Shown here: positions 41,037-56,254 of the stretch, piece after piece
Layout of the letters: every line of letters starts with the position of its first letter
Position numbering within the stretch: position 1 is the stretch's first letter
Source: Piromyces finnis finn
Taxonomy: Eukaryota; Fungi; Neocallimastigomycota
DNA: 64,000 nt
Assembly: GCA_002104945.1 (NCBI GenBank)
Contig: MCFH01000029.1
Location: 372,001 to 436,000, forward strand
Direction: 5' to 3'
Notes under the pieces: model-generated
The model's database searches: none
What the model was told of the DNA's origin: nothing
Seen by the model: only the letters and a program-made list of their open reading frames with translations
Program-made: the position numbers and the translations under genes

Positions 41037-44000
41037 TTAGAATACAAAATTTTCATCGACTTCAACAGCCCATTTAAATTTATTTCTTAAACTCTTATTG
41101 AAAATTTTTTCAATTGGTACATCATATTTGTAACACCAAGCTGCTGAAATTCTTGGATCAATATAATTAATTTTTGAGGTACCTAAAGCAGTGGCTTTAT
41201 TTTCATCCTATTAAATATTAATGAACACAGAATTAAAATATTAATAATAATTATCTTCATAATATATAATGTAATCTTTGCTTTTTTTTTTTTTATTTTA
41301 TATTATATGCTATTGAATGTAAAAGTATAAAATAATTAAAACATTTAATATTTACTTTATCAATTAATAATACTTGTTGAGCTTTTATTCTTTTGGAAAG
41401 TGTATCATATTGTTTTTGTAATCTTTCCATTGATGGTTGGCGCTTCGCTTTTTCCATATCTTCTAAGGTTAATAATTCCTTTCCATCAATTTTTCTTTTT
41501 TCATTATCTCTTTCTAATTTTGCTTTCTTTTTTTCTAACTCTTTTTCCTCGTAACTTTTTATGAATTCTTTTGTAATTCCTCTACTAAGTCTACCTAGTT
41601 CAGGCTTTTTCTTCTTTAATGTAGGATCAAGTTCAAGCATTTCCTTTGAAACTAAATATCTTTGATATTTACTTGTCAATATTTTATCTTGAATTCTTTT
41701 TAATTGATCAGAGTGATTTTTCGATACAGCACGTTGGTGATTACATAAAATAGCAACTTGACGATTTGCGCGATTATAAGCTAATAATTTTTCATTCATG
41801 GTACTATTTTTTACTGTTTTTTTTAATTCTTCTTGGAAAGTATATGAAGCATTATAAGTACGGAATACCTTAGCGGTAAGACCTTTCATCGACTTTTGTA
41901 AATATTTATTTAATATTGTTGTATTTAAACGATCAAAAAGCATATCTCCTTCTTTCTTTGGTGCTCTCTTAAATATTTCAATATTTTTGTATACTTGTTT
42001 TGATACTTCAACTTCATTATAATATCTTATAGAATCCTTACCAAGGAAATCAAAAATAACTCTATTTGGTGGCTCTAATGTTACATGTTCATAACGTAAA
42101 GAACAACAACCTACAGTATCAGCAACATCGTCTCCTTTTTCATTACCAGCACGAAGCGCTAATTTATCAATAAAGTAAAGAGCTGTGGCTCTTTGTCTTG
42201 TTGCCATTAATTTATCTTTTAATTCTAAAGTATATTCTTCTCTAATTTTTCCTATATGTTTCTATTATCATAGAAAAAAAAAAAAAAACATATTAATATT
42301 TAATATTTGCTCTGTAACAAAAAAAAAAAAATTCTGAATTATAATTTAGTTATCATTGCTATTTATCATTTTTTAGTTATTTATTTATTTATCTACTTTT
42401 TCAATTTTTTTAATTTATAATTTATTATTTATCATTTTTCATTTTACCTTTAATTCCCTGGCTTTTTCAAACTTTTTAAAATCACTTTGACCTTTTAATG
42501 ACGATCCTGCAGCCAACCAAACATATTTAAAACTATCGTTAACATTTTCTTTCCACATTGCTAACCATGTTACGGTATTATCATGAATAATTTTTCCCCA
42601 TTTATGGCCTTCAGGTGGTTCAGGTATCTTAGCATTTTTACCAATATTAATGGTAACACTTTCAGGGTATACACGATACTTAAATAAAATATCATTAAAT
42701 ACGATGTTTATTATTTTGTTATTTGATGTATTTAAATATAAACAAAATGTTATAAAATTAATATTAAAAACTAAATAATAAAAATATTTATTATATTTAT
42801 ATTAGATTTTTAAGATAAAATACTTTTAATGTTCCAGTTTTTGGATGTTCACCACGACCACGGAATAAACCTGGAGGTTCAATTCTGAAATTACCAACCT
42901 TTTCTTTTCTTTCATCTAATAACGCCCATCCATATTTATCTTCAATTTCTTGTTTTTCTTTTTTAATAACCTATTTTAATATTATATTATTAATAAATAT
43001 GTTTTATTTATTTTTTATTTTTTTTTTATCAATAAATAAATTATTTACCTCCTTTTCTTCTTTTGTCATTGCTTTCCTTTTTTCCTTTTGTTCAGTAAAA
43101 TATTCTGTTAAAGGTGTAAAATCGCAATCCTCAAATTTCTTTATTGGACAATTCTTTATTTAACATTAATTGGTTAGAATTATATTATAACTAATAAATA
43201 CTTTATATTTTAAATGAGAGTTTACTTACTGGTTGCTTTTTCTTAATAACTTTTAAAAAATCTTTAAAGAAATTTTTTCTAAATGTTGGATTCTCACCCC
43301 AGTCTGTACCAATAACTTGAGCGTAGAAGTTTGCTACTTCTTCACATTCAGGTACCAAATCAATAGGTTCACCTAAAAGTTATATATTTATAAAAATTTT
43401 ATTTATATTGTTGAGTATTATAAAACAAAAAAAAAAAATTTTTATGAATATTTATATTTTTTTTAAATATATAAATTTTACGATATCATTATTTTGATTT
43501 TGTAAAAATCTATACCTTTATATTTCATTTTTATTCCATGACTAACATATTCAGGTGGAAAGTAAGGCCCTTGATGTTCCAATGTAGTCCATTTAATACT
43601 ATCATCTTCTTTTTCATTATCCCACCAACGAAAAACTTCATCTTCTTCTTCTTCCTTCTTCTTTTTTTTTGAAACCTTTTCTTCTTTAACCTTAGCAGTA
43701 GTCTTTTTCTTTTTCGATGGTTTCTCATCATCTTCTTCCTTTTTAACTCTTGTTCTTTTTGTTGCTTTTTTTGGTTCCTCAGTCTATTATTATATTTATT
43801 TTTTTATTATCTCTTTTAGAATTTCTTATATTGATTACTAAAAAATTATAAGCTCAATTTAACAATTACCTTAATTTCTCTTTTGATTTCTCTTTTGATT
43901 TCAGTTTCAATTTCCTTCTTGATTTCAGTTTTAATTTCTTTTTTTACTTTCTATTTTATTATTTTATTGTGGAATTATTAATAAATAATTTAGTCTCACT

Positions 44001-44604
44001 AATAATATTTTTTAAAAAAATTATTTATATATAATTAATATAAATGTGAAATAATGTAATAACCTTTAATGGTGTTGTTTTTCTCCTTTTTGATAATGCA
44101 ATATCATCTTCTGAATCGCTACTTTCATTAGTAGCTGTAGTTTTTGATTCTTTTTTTATCTTTCTTTTTTTTGGATCTAATATTTTCTGAGATGAATTAT
44201 TATTTGGCATTCTTTTTGATAAAGGTTGGTCACTATCAGAATCACTGCTACTACTAGAATGTGAGTTTATTTTATCATTAATTAAAGTGGCATCTGATAT
44301 TGAAGATGTTGTTGAATTTAATTTTGTTCTTCTCTGAGATATTGGAACATCATCTTCTGAATCCGAATCCGAATCTGAATCTTCAACAATTTCATTTGTT
44401 TTAATTACTTTTATTAGATAAAATTTAATATATTGTATATCATAATATTTTAAAGATATATATATAAAATTAGTATAAAATATCTATACACCAATAATTT
44501 AATTATGTAAATTAAATTTTTATAATAAATTTACATTCTGGATTATTTTCTTGTTCTTGAATTTCTTCTTCTGAATCAAAATAACTCTGATCTGAATTTG
44601 ACAT
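41037..44604 (-). CDS. TOP1: DNA topoisomerase I (type IB), multi-exon
   Basis: [73 protein letters not shown], and the catalytic [14 protein letters not shown]. Confidence 0.98.
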
Positions 44605-45263
44605 TTTAAATTTATTGTATTTAAAAAAAAATCCGTTCAATTATTTCCAAGTATGAATTAATTTCTTATTTCAGATTTTAACATAAAATTAAAATTTTGA
44701 AATTTATTACATAAAATAATAAGATTTTTTATTAGTTTTTTTTATATATTAAAGAGTATAGTATATATATATAAAATTATTGTTTGATTTTTATTTATAA
44801 AATAATAAATTTATTTTATACTTTTTGTTATTATAAAATATAATATATGAGTTTATATACTTTTATATTAATTTAGTATTTATACCATAAAATTTAGTTT
44901 CAAATCTTTAATAATTAAAATATATATAAAAGGTTTATGATTTTAAGCTTACTCTTTTAACTCTTAATAACTGATTCAAATTTAAATTTATTGAATTTTT
45001 TTTTATTTTCAATTTTAATTTTTATTTACTTATTAATTATATTAATATATATCAGAGTATAAAACAATAAATAATAATATTAAGAAGTAATTAATTTTTT
45101 TAAATTAATCTTTACACTACTTTGTATAGAATAAAAAAAAATTTAGAAAAAATAAAAATAAAAATAAAAATATAAAAATAAAACAAATCAAAACAAAAAT
45201 TTTTTTTACTTTTTTACATATATAGAAAATAATGTAATTTTAATATATGTTGTGTAAGATACA

Positions 45264-45480
<217 letters not shown>

Positions 45481-46852
45481 GAAAGGATGAATAAAGAAAG
45501 TTTTCATTAATAAAAATTAATTCCAAATATAAAAGTTCATTTTAAGTGGTATTAAAGTTATTAAATCTATATAAAAGTTAGAATGGTATAATTCTTTATT
45601 TATTTAAAAAAGTATTTTTTTCTAATAGTAATTTAATAATTTATATAATTACAATTAAAGTATTTGATATCAAGCTGCTAAGATATTTCTTTAGTACTTT
45701 TTTTATTATTATTATAATTTGCAAATTCAATAGTAGATTTTTTCCTTTATTATATTATAAAATAAAATTTAATATATTAAAAAAGTTAACATTATTATTT
45801 AAAGTTTTTATATTTAAAGTTTCACAAACCTATTCATTAGCTTAAAATATTTTCCAAAGATCAATACAATCATATAAAAAATATAAAAACCAACAGTTGT
45901 CTTTATTGGGCTCTTTATGAATTTTAATATCATACAATATATAAATGTGCATTTGTTAAATCAATATTATTAATAAGAGCATTTCAAAAAAAAAAAAAGT
46001 CAATATATCAAAGCTAATTTTTTTAACAAAAATAAATAATTTTTTTTAAATATTTAAAATTCATCATGAAAAAACTTTATAGATACCAAAATAAATGAAA
46101 TATTTTTGTAAAAAAAATATATATAAATATGAATTGAATTTATTCATAGTATCTAAATATCATTATATAAACTAAATCTATAACTAAAAATAAGAACTGT
46201 ATTAGAAAGTAAAGGAAAACTTATCTGAATCCATTTGAATAACAAAAGATAAATTAAAAGTTTAAAAATTTACAAACCAATTCGCAAGAATTATAACTTG
46301 AGGATTTATTATAATTAGATAATATAAAACAAAATAAAAAAATATTGGTTTATTAATTTTACTTTTTTCGAAAGAGTAAAAACCAACAAGATATAGCATG
46401 TGATAACATCACTTGAAGTACAGAAAATAATCAAGTGATGATTTTATAATCAACATCTATAATATATTCTGTGGCTTATTAATTTATATATTTCATTTAT
46501 ACTATATTAATACTATATTGGTCTTTTAAATTAAACTTTTAAATTAATTTTTTTTAATGTGTAACGAAAAAAATTTTTTTTTTTTCAATATTAGAATTCA
46601 AAGATTTTTCGAATTTATTATCCGTAAATAACTTTGAATTGCTTTTTTTTTTTTTTTTTAAAAAAAAATAAAAAATTAAAAAAAACAATAGAAAATAAAA
46701 TAAAAATAAAAATAATAAATAGTAAATAAATAAAAAAAAAAAAAAATAAGTAATAAATAGTTACTATTATTATTATTATAATAATAATAAAACAGAATAA
46801 AATTAAATTAAATAAATCAGTAAAAATAAATTCAAAATCTAAATTAATAATC

Positions 46853-47482
46853 ATGTTAAATAAAACAATATTATTTTCATTATGCTTTATAATATGCATA
46901 AAACTTATTTGTGCTATCCCATATGAGAGAAGAGATTTTTATGCTTCATTATGTAATACCGATGCAGATTGCTATTTTAGTATATGCCATAATGGTTATT
47001 GTGTAAGTGATAAACCAGAAGGATCTGAATGTAAAAAGTCCAAAGATTGTAGTAATGGGCAATTTTGTAATGATGGCAAATGTAAAAATCAATTGACACC
47101 TGGTTCGCCATGCAAAAAAGATGAACAATGTATGGGAACTTCTGAAATATTCACTGGATATTGTGATGCAAATGACAGATGTTTAATGGAAAAAGATTAC
47201 AGTAGAGACATTTCATTTAAAAAGAGCCCAATAATGATAATTCTTAAAACTATCTTTATTATTATTCCGTTTTGCTCTTTAGGTTTTTGTTTATATTTAA
47301 TTTATTGTTACGTATATCAAGAATGTTTCAATAAATTTGATGATTCTGGATATACACCTGTAAAGGAAACTGAACCTTTACCACATCCATATAATAACTT
47401 TAATAACGATAACATGTCTAATGATAAAGAAGATATGATTCTTCAAATGCTAAAATTATTTAATGGATTAAAAAATCATTAA
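46853..47482 (+). CDS. Single-pass membrane protein with signal peptide and a 12-Cys ectodomain (three Dickkopf/EB-like 4-Cys modules), intronless
   Basis: Hydrophobic N-terminus, RR dibasic site, C..DC..C..G.C modules, TM IMIILKTIFIIIPFCSLGFCLYLIYCYV. Confidence 0.85.
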   Translation: MLNKTILFSLCFIICIKLICAIPYERRDFYASLCNTDADCYFSICHNGYCVSDKPEGSECKKSKDCSNGQFCNDGKCKNQLTPGSPCKKDEQCMGTSEIFTGYCDANDRCLMEKDYSRDISFKKSPIMIILKTIFIIIPFCSLGFCLYLIYCYVYQECFNKFDDSGYTPVKETEPLPHPYNNFNNDNMSNDKEDMILQMLKLFNGLKNH

Positions 47483-48114
47483 AACAAATAATATATAAAA
47501 AAATATATCTTCATAATTACAATTAATATTAAAAAATTATTTAATATACAAAAAAATGATAAAAATAATAGAAAAATAATGTTTAAAAATAAGAAAGAAT
47601 TACATATATTTATTAATAAAAAATTATATATAATATATAAATGATTATAAAAAGAAAAAATATTTATTTTTTGTTTTTTGTTAAAAATAAAAAGTTATTT
47701 CTTTTTATATATATATATATATAAGGCATAAGGGATTTAAAACTTTTTGATAAAATTTATATTGAATTGGAAATGAATAATACAATGGAAATGAATAATA
47801 TACCTTTTTTTTTTTTTTTTTTATAGAAAAAATGAAATTATAAATTTATATAGTAGTAACGAAAATTGTTATTGATCATTAAAATATTTCCTTACAATTA
47901 ATTTAAAAGAAATAAAAATTGAAAAAATATATTTTTTTATTTAGATAGGATAAAACAACAACAACAATTTTATTTTAATAAAATGGTAAATTAATAAATG
48001 TTATTTGTATAATTAAATAACTATTTATTTATTTTATATTTTATTTTATTTAATTTTTATTTATCAATTATCTAATATTATGTAAAAAAAAAAAAAAATG
48101 GTTTATAACATTTT

Positions 48115-48969
48115 TTAAATATCGATTTTTCTGTATTGGTATTGATTATCTGAGGATTTCATTGGTTTTAAAAATTCTTTACGGTAATCTGGTAATATTA
48201 TACAAAATAATATACGAAATATTAAAGTTATAATTAAGGTAGCAATAACGGATGCAAAAATACCAGCTATTAAGAAGAAAAGGTATTTCGCAAAATTATG
48301 TCTATATATCTTATACATTATACTATCTTGATTAACTTGACTTTCATATGGCTTGTTTATTGATCCGTTGTTTGTATCTTTTTCGGTATTTTCAGTTTTA
48401 TCATTTGAAGAATTATTACTTTCAATATTTTCTATTTTATTATTTGAAGAATTATTATTTTCAGTATGTTCTATTTTATTATTTGAAGAATTATTATTTT
48501 CAGTATGTTCTATTTTATTATTTGAAGAATCACTTTCGATACTTTTTTTTTTATCATCTGAAGAATTTTTATCTTCATTGTTACTATTATTACTTGGATG
48601 TGGATCTTTAGTGAAAGAACATTTTGATGATACACAATATCCTGAATTAAATGCACTTTTACTCATACATTGATTATCGCTTGTACAAGATCTATTTGGG
48701 GCAAGACGTACTTCACATTTACCATTACTACTACAATATTCTAAAGGTGGACAGTCTCTTTCAGAAGAACATGAAAATTCAGCTGACCAACTTGTATTAC
48801 AATATCCATCTATACATTGATAAGCAGAGCAATCATTATTTGATTTACATTCAGAAGCATATTTATCACGTTTAAAAATATTTGAATTATTTATTGATTT
48901 GCCATTAGAGAAAATAATATATACAATTAAAATTACTAATAATTTTATATTTCTTTTATTATATATCAT
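48115..48969 (-). CDS. Paralogous single-pass 12-Cys membrane protein with an N/S/E/K-rich stalk (39-bp NNNSSNNKIEHTE repeats), intronless
   Basis: Signal peptide, KR site, same cysteine spacing as 46853-47482, TM YLFFLIAGIFASVIATLIITLIF. Confidence 0.85.
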   Translation of the reverse strand: MIYNKRNIKLLVILIVYIIFSNGKSINNSNIFKRDKYASECKSNNDCSAYQCIDGYCNTSWSAEFSCSSERDCPPLEYCSSNGKCEVRLAPNRSCTSDNQCMSKSAFNSGYCVSSKCSFTKDPHPSNNSNNEDKNSSDDKKKSIESDSSNNKIEHTENNNSSNNKIEHTENNNSSNNKIENIESNNSSNDKTENTEKDTNNGSINKPYESQVNQDSIMYKIYRHNFAKYLFFLIAGIFASVIATLIITLIFRILFCIILPDYRKEFLKPMKSSDNQYQYRKIDI

Positions 48970-49836
48970 TCTAAAATAATTTTTTATTTTATCTTTTTTA
49001 ATATAATTATTTTTTTTTTATTTTCTTATTATTTTTATTTTGTAATTTTATTTTAAAATTTTATTTTATTTTCTATTATTTTTTTTATTTTATTTTTGCA
49101 TTTATTTTAAAAAACTTTTTTAAATATTCAAAATATATTACAATATTATTTTTTAAGAAATGTAATTTTTATTATTGATTGGATTAAGTTTTATGCTTTT
49201 TTCCTGTTTTAATTTATGGTAACAAAAAAAAAAGTTTAATCCTTAATTTTTTTTTTTTTTTTATTTTGCTCCTAGATTAAACGTAAAACAGAGTATCATT
49301 TTAATTTAAAAATTAATAAATGAATAAAGTCTATTTAATAATGGAGAAATTAGAGTTAATTAAAAATGGTACACTGATTTTTAATTTTGTGTAAAATTTT
49401 TTTAATATATCATTTTTTTGCTTTACCATCAATTTAAAATTTTTTGTAAAAACTCTTATTTTTAATATATGAAAAAACCATCCATAATTTATTTTACTAT
49501 ATAATACATTATATTATTAATATATTTGTATATTTAATCCTTTATTTTTTATTATTAGTAAAAACTTTTTTTTTATTATTTAGTTTAGTTTCTATTTATT
49601 TATTTATTTTATTTATTTATTTTTTATATTATTATTTAATTTTAATATTACTCTTATTTATTTATCTATTTTATTTATTTATTTACTATTTGCTATTAAT
49701 AGTATATTATTATAATTATCTTAATTATTATTAATAATTTTGAAATCGTTAAAGAATATTATTAGTATTTTTTAAATATAAGTAATAAATTTATAAAGTA
49801 TTTTAATATTATATATATGGTTTTCGTTTATGAATA

Positions 49837-50588
49837 CTAATCAAATGTTGGATCATATTGAATAGTTTTTAAATGTGTAGTTCTATATATAGTATTTCCA
49901 TATCTTCTTTCTGTTACAGTTGGCTTTAATATTTTTGCATAAATCTTAAATGCTTTAAATATACATACCATTAATGATATATCTACATATTGGGAAGCAT
50001 ATATACTTAGAGAATCACCCCTCTTTAATGAACTACTCCTATATATTTCAGCAATTAAAATTTTATTAACTGGTCTACCTTGATAAACTTCGATATAATT
50101 ACTATTAATAGAAGAAGCTTGAAAATATATGTGCTCTTGCTCATTTGTAAGTTTGTTTAAATAAACAGCTTTAAGATGAACTGAACCTCGACTAGTAAGA
50201 GTTTGGGTATGGGGAATAAAACTAATTGTTTGGCTGTTTCCATCACCAGATTTAACACTTTTATATATTAAATATTATATATAGTATAAAATTATTTTTA
50301 ATTTCTTTTTATATAGGAAAGTTGATAAAACTTTATATGCATTACTTACAAAACTGGAATATCTGAACCAGTAATATTTGCAACTGGTTTACCATTAGTG
50401 TCGTAAATAATTTCTTTACTTCCTTTCGAAATCATTTTAAAAAGTATTTCTTTAGTACGAGGGTTATAAACTGTTTTATACTCGATGCCATTTCTTTCAT
50501 GAATATGCACTTGTATATTTTCTTTCTCTCTAGTTACAAATTTACTTTCTGTAAATTGCATTGGTTCATTACCATCTTCGATTACCAT
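49837..50588 (-). CDS. Two-exon protein, probably LURP-one/Tubby-C (scramblase-like) fold
   Basis: Exon 1 ends DIPV-TT|GTAAGT and exon 2 (from about 50256) continues FVKSGDG in frame; alternating beta-strand patterns (EIIYDTNGKPVANI, ILIAEIYR) and a terminal YVDISLMVCIF helix. Confidence 0.6.
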
Positions 50589-51755
50589 TTTGCTATTTAA
50601 TTATTTATTTTATGATATTAATTTTAATTAATTTCTAAAAATATTTTTTTTTATTTTATTTTTAAGTTTTTATTATTTATTTAGTTAGTTAATTTTATTT
50701 TATTTTATTTTATTTTATTATTTTTTATTTTATTTTTTTCTATAATTTAATAAAATTAAAATTTCTTTTTTTTTTTTACAAAAAAAATATATTTTTTTTT
50801 TAATAGAGGATTTATTTGATGATAAAAGATAAAAGTTTGAGTAAATTTCTTAAAATTTTAATATATTAAATTAATAAAAATTGATCTGATAAAAAAAAAA
50901 GGGAAGTTTAAAAAAACTTTAGTTAATATAAATTTTATGATAATATTCAATTTTGTGGCTTGATAATATAATATTTCTATACATTTATATTTCATAAAAG
51001 AAAAAATAAAAACATAAAACTATGGTAAAAAGTCATTGAATTTTTTAATTTTTTAAAAGTTTTTTTTTCCATTTAACAAATTATCTATATTTACTTTATT
51101 TCTAATAATATATAATTACTAGGTATTATTATTAAATAATACTTTTATTAATAAATTATATATATACAATAAAGATTTTTTTTTTTTTTATTTAAAGAAA
51201 GAGAATATAGTAAAAATATTTTTATATAAAATTAAATTTTTTTTATAAATTTTTATTTAATAAATTGATATTGATTAATAATGGAATATATAAAAGCTTA
51301 AAAGTAAGTTTAATAATAAAAGCTTTTTTTTTTTTTTTTTTTTTTCAAATTTTCTTCTCAAATTTTATATAATATAAATTTTATTATTATTTTTATTTAT
51401 CTCCAAAAGATATGACAAAAAAGTTTAAATCCATATGAATATTTTTATTATTAAAATTATTATATTAGTTAATTCAACACAAGTTACTTTTTAAATTGTA
51501 TTTTATTAAGAATACAAAATAATTGAAATAAAGTTTTTTGATGATTTCTTTTAAATGTTTTATAAATATATATCTATTTATATAATGTGTAGCGAGATAA
51601 TATAATTATATAATATTTAAAATACATATTTCGTAATTTTTTGTTTTTATTTTATTTTTTTTTTTTGAACCAAAACTGATTAATATTTTTTATTTTCAAT
51701 TTATTTAATAATATATAAAATTTTTAATTATATTACTAGTTGATATATAATAATA

Positions 51756-54700
51756 ATGGAGAATGTTTTTCATACGTATTTATATATTATCATTTATTTA
51801 TTGTTCTCATCATATTTTATCAAAATAGTATTATCGTATGATATAATAATGAAAAATGATTTTGAAAGTATGAAAAATATAATAGAGACAATAAATAGTA
51901 AGTTATTAACAAGTGATGTAAATGTTATTGTTAATGATGGAACCTATAAAATTCCAACTGAAGGAAAAAATCATATTCAGGTTTATAATACATTAGTTTT
52001 TAATGGAAAAAAGAATTCAATTTTTGATTTTCAATATTCTATGAAAAGTCAATTTTATGTACACTTCAGCGCTGGAGGTGGAAATACTGAAAAAAAATTA
52101 ATATTCAATAATATTACCTTTTATAATTTTAACAACTTTGGCAACGATAATTCAAATATTATGTCATTTGAAACAGAAAATACAAGTGATCGATACACTG
52201 CAGAATTTAATAATTGCACATTTTTAAATAATAAAGGTATTAATGCTAATGTTAAAGTATCATGTGTAAAAGCAACTCAAAAAACACCCCAATTCAAATT
52301 TAATAAATGTAAATTTATGTAAGTTTATTTTTTTTTTTTTTTATAAAAAAAATGAATAAAATATAGATCATATATATCATAAAATACATCTAATATTAAA
52401 TTTATATTAAAAATTTTTTTTGGAATATAATAATGTAAATAGAAATACAGATGAGATATTTCAAATATATCATTATAATTCATATTATAATCTTGTTAAT
52501 GTCCCTGATTGTTTTAATATACAATTTAAGGATTGCCATTTTGAAAGTAACAGAATGATCGGTGAACTTTATAATGGAAGAGTCACATTTGATAATTGTA
52601 AATTTATACAAATATATATTAATAAAAAAATAATAATAAAAATACACTTATCCATATACATTTATAAATTAAAAATATATTTATAGGTTATTTTACAAAT
52701 ATATATGGTGATAAAATATATCCAAATTCTTTTATATATTCTTCAGCGTTAAATAATTCCATAGATTTTATAAATTCAAAATTAATCGATAATATTGTTC
52801 AATTAAATAAGCCTTTTTTTTCAGTATTTAGAACCTCATTAAGGTAATTATTTTAATTTTATATTTTTTTTTTTTTTTTTAGTTTAAAATGTAATGTCCT
52901 AATTTTTAATGTGCAATATTTTTTGGTTAGAATTGAAAATACTATTTTTAAGAATTGTCATTCATATGGAAGTTATTTATTTGAAATAAGATCAAACGCT
53001 TTAAATATAGAAGATGCGCCATCTTTAATAATCAATAATTCAACATTTAATGGTAAAACTATATAACAAGTTAAAAAAAAATAATAATTATAATTAGTAC
53101 TATTGTTATATAATTTATATATTTATTATAAGAAAACTTTATTTCTAACTAATTCATAATAAGATATTAGTACTTTAGTTGAAGGGGATAGAAATGTATT
53201 ATACATAAAAAATTCAAGATTTCATAATATTACTTCATTAGCATCAATGCCAATAATACTAAATTCATATATTTCAGAAATATTTATAGAAAACACAGAA
53301 TTTAAAGATATAACGTAATAATAAATTATAGGTGGATATTTTAATAATCTATCAATTATTACTAATATGAATTTTTATTGTCAAAATATTTTTTAAAGTT
53401 CATATAGAAGTGCATTATTTAATGATGAATCAAATTATATATTTTCAAATTCTACATTTAAAGATATTAATATTAATTCAAGATCATTGATAACTGTTAT
53501 GTACAACTCATTAACATTTAATAATTGTAACTTTAGGAATATAATATGTTACGGATCTGGTGATGCAACTTCTTTAATTGAATTTATTTCAAAAAAAGAT
53601 GGAAATTCTATAAGTCTTATTAATACAATTATTGAGAATTCTAAATCAAATGGTGATTTAATAAAAATTAGTGGAGATAATACAATTATGAACTTATCAA
53701 ATATAATATTTAACAATATTATATCATATGGCTCCTTATTAAATGATGTATCATTAAATGTAATGATTAATTAATTAAAAATTATTTATTATTATAATTG
53801 TTACTTTTGTTTTATAGAATATTTTTTAATTTATTAAATAAAGTCTACCATAAATATTTCTGACAGTGAAATAATTAATAATCAAAATATTAATAAATTC
53901 AAATGTGGATTAATAGTTAATAGTCTTAGTACAGAACTTAATATAAGTACTTCATCGTTTAGTAATAATAAGTCTAAAAGTAATGGTGGTATGTTGTAAG
54001 TATTAAAATTAAAAATATTTATACATTACATAAAAATAATTAATAATATGTATTATATATATGTTATAAAAAGCTGTTTCACAGACGTAAATACTTTAAA
54101 TATAAATATAAATTCAAGTAAATTTGAGTATAATCATGCTAGTAATGGTGGTGTTATGTATTTTAGTAAATCCGAAAATCATTTCAATAATAATTCCATA
54201 AAATTCTATAATTCAACATTTTCAAATAATGGTGCAGATTATTTTGGTGGTGTGATTTATTCAAGTTTTGAAGAATTAAATATAACAAATTTAGAAAATA
54301 CATTCTTCAAGGAAAACAACGCATATTCCGGTGGTGTATTCTATATTGATAATGATAAAAATTTAGATAAAATATTATTTAATGCAAATAGTAAAGATAT
54401 AAAATATTTAAACAATACAGCAGAATCTTATGGAAATAATTATGCTTCAGATCCATATAAAATAATATTGTTAAATGAAAACATCAAGGATATTAATATT
54501 AAGAGTGGTGAATTACTATCGTTAAAATTTAGAGTTATAGATGAATACAATCAAATAGTTAAAGATATATCAAAATTTTTTTCAGATATAATTTTAAAAA
54601 TTGATGGAAATATAAAGGATAAAAAGTTAATTGGAAATATTTGTTATTTTTCAAATGGTATTTTTTTTTTTTTTTAATATTACATTATCCTATAAATATC

Positions 54701-56222
54701 TTTAATGTATATAATTTAATTTCAATATGATTGTGCTAAATTTTACAAATTATAATTTTAGGTGAATGTGAATTAAAAGAGTTTAAAATATATACGTCAA
54801 AACCTTCTTCATTTAAATTGATGTTTTCTGTTATTAACAATGATAATAATAATATTGCTTTAGATACTACTTATATAGATACATATATTCATGATTGCAA
54901 TAATGAACAAATTAAAATGTACACTAAAGACGGATTTTATTATTGCGAAAATCCTGTATGTAATTATGATTGTCCAGTTTCAAATGGAACTGCTATATGC
55001 ATAAAAGGAGAAAATAACGTAAATAATAAAGAATTTCTAAATAAATGTCAATGTGTTCCCGGATGGACTGGTGATAAATGTGAAATAAAAAAATTTACAG
55101 AATTTAATTCAATGTAAATATTTTACCTTTTTTTTAAAAAAAAAGTCTTTATCTATTTTTATTCATTATATATTAATTTATATTTATTTACTAATATATC
55201 CTTATTTTTTTTTTATTATTTTTAGTAATTATATTCGTATAATATCTTTATTAATAATTATATTAATTAGTATGGTCATGATATATTTTGCATTTAATAA
55301 AAGCATGGGAATTATAAAAGATCCGGGTTTCTTAAAATGTGAATTGGCATTACTAGGATTATTACTATATTTTGTTAGTAATCATTTTAATATTTTTTCA
55401 AATTACAGTGATTGTTCACTTTATATTTTTTTCAAGCATTCTGGAATATTGTTATTATATTCTATTTTTTTACTTTTTATTGAAATTGGATGTGAACTAG
55501 GTATAAATATGAATGAATTGTATTTAATAAATATATTGCCAATAAATAATAATGATACTATAGGGGATAGTTGTACTAATATATCAAAAAGCAATTTTAA
55601 AGAGCAAAAGTCTCGAGCAGCTAGTTTAAATGAAATTGGTTTCGTTGAAAATGCACTAAGTGAGCAAAAGCTAAAAAAATCGTCTCTGTCTGGTTCACTT
55701 AATTCAAAATTTTGCCTATCTAAAGCTTCATTATTTAATAAAAATGATAATATAGATAATCTCAAAAAATTAGATAGAAGTATTAGTTATGTTCATTCAT
55801 TAGTTACAGAAGTTGCAACAACATACATTGTAACATTAATATTAATTTTATTAGTAATAATATTTTATAGTACAAAGAATAATAGTAAAAGTAGTATTAA
55901 TTTAAATGAAGAGTTAGTTGATAGAAATTATGAACAAGAGCATAATGGAAGTTGGAGATACAAATGTGATTTAAATAAAATGGAATTAATATTGAACCTA
56001 ACAGAATTTTTATTATTATTCTTTTTAATAACAAAAATTAAAAAGATTTGGAATTCTACTTATGTCTTTAAATGTACAAAGTATATATCATATTGTATAT
56101 TAATATGGATTATGTTAGGTCCTTTGTTTAATGTAAGGATTAAAACATTATATAGATATATTTAAATTAAATTTTATATTAATATTATTCTATTATTTAA
56201 TTTTCTATTATTTATTTATTTA

Positions 56223-56254
<32 letters not shown>

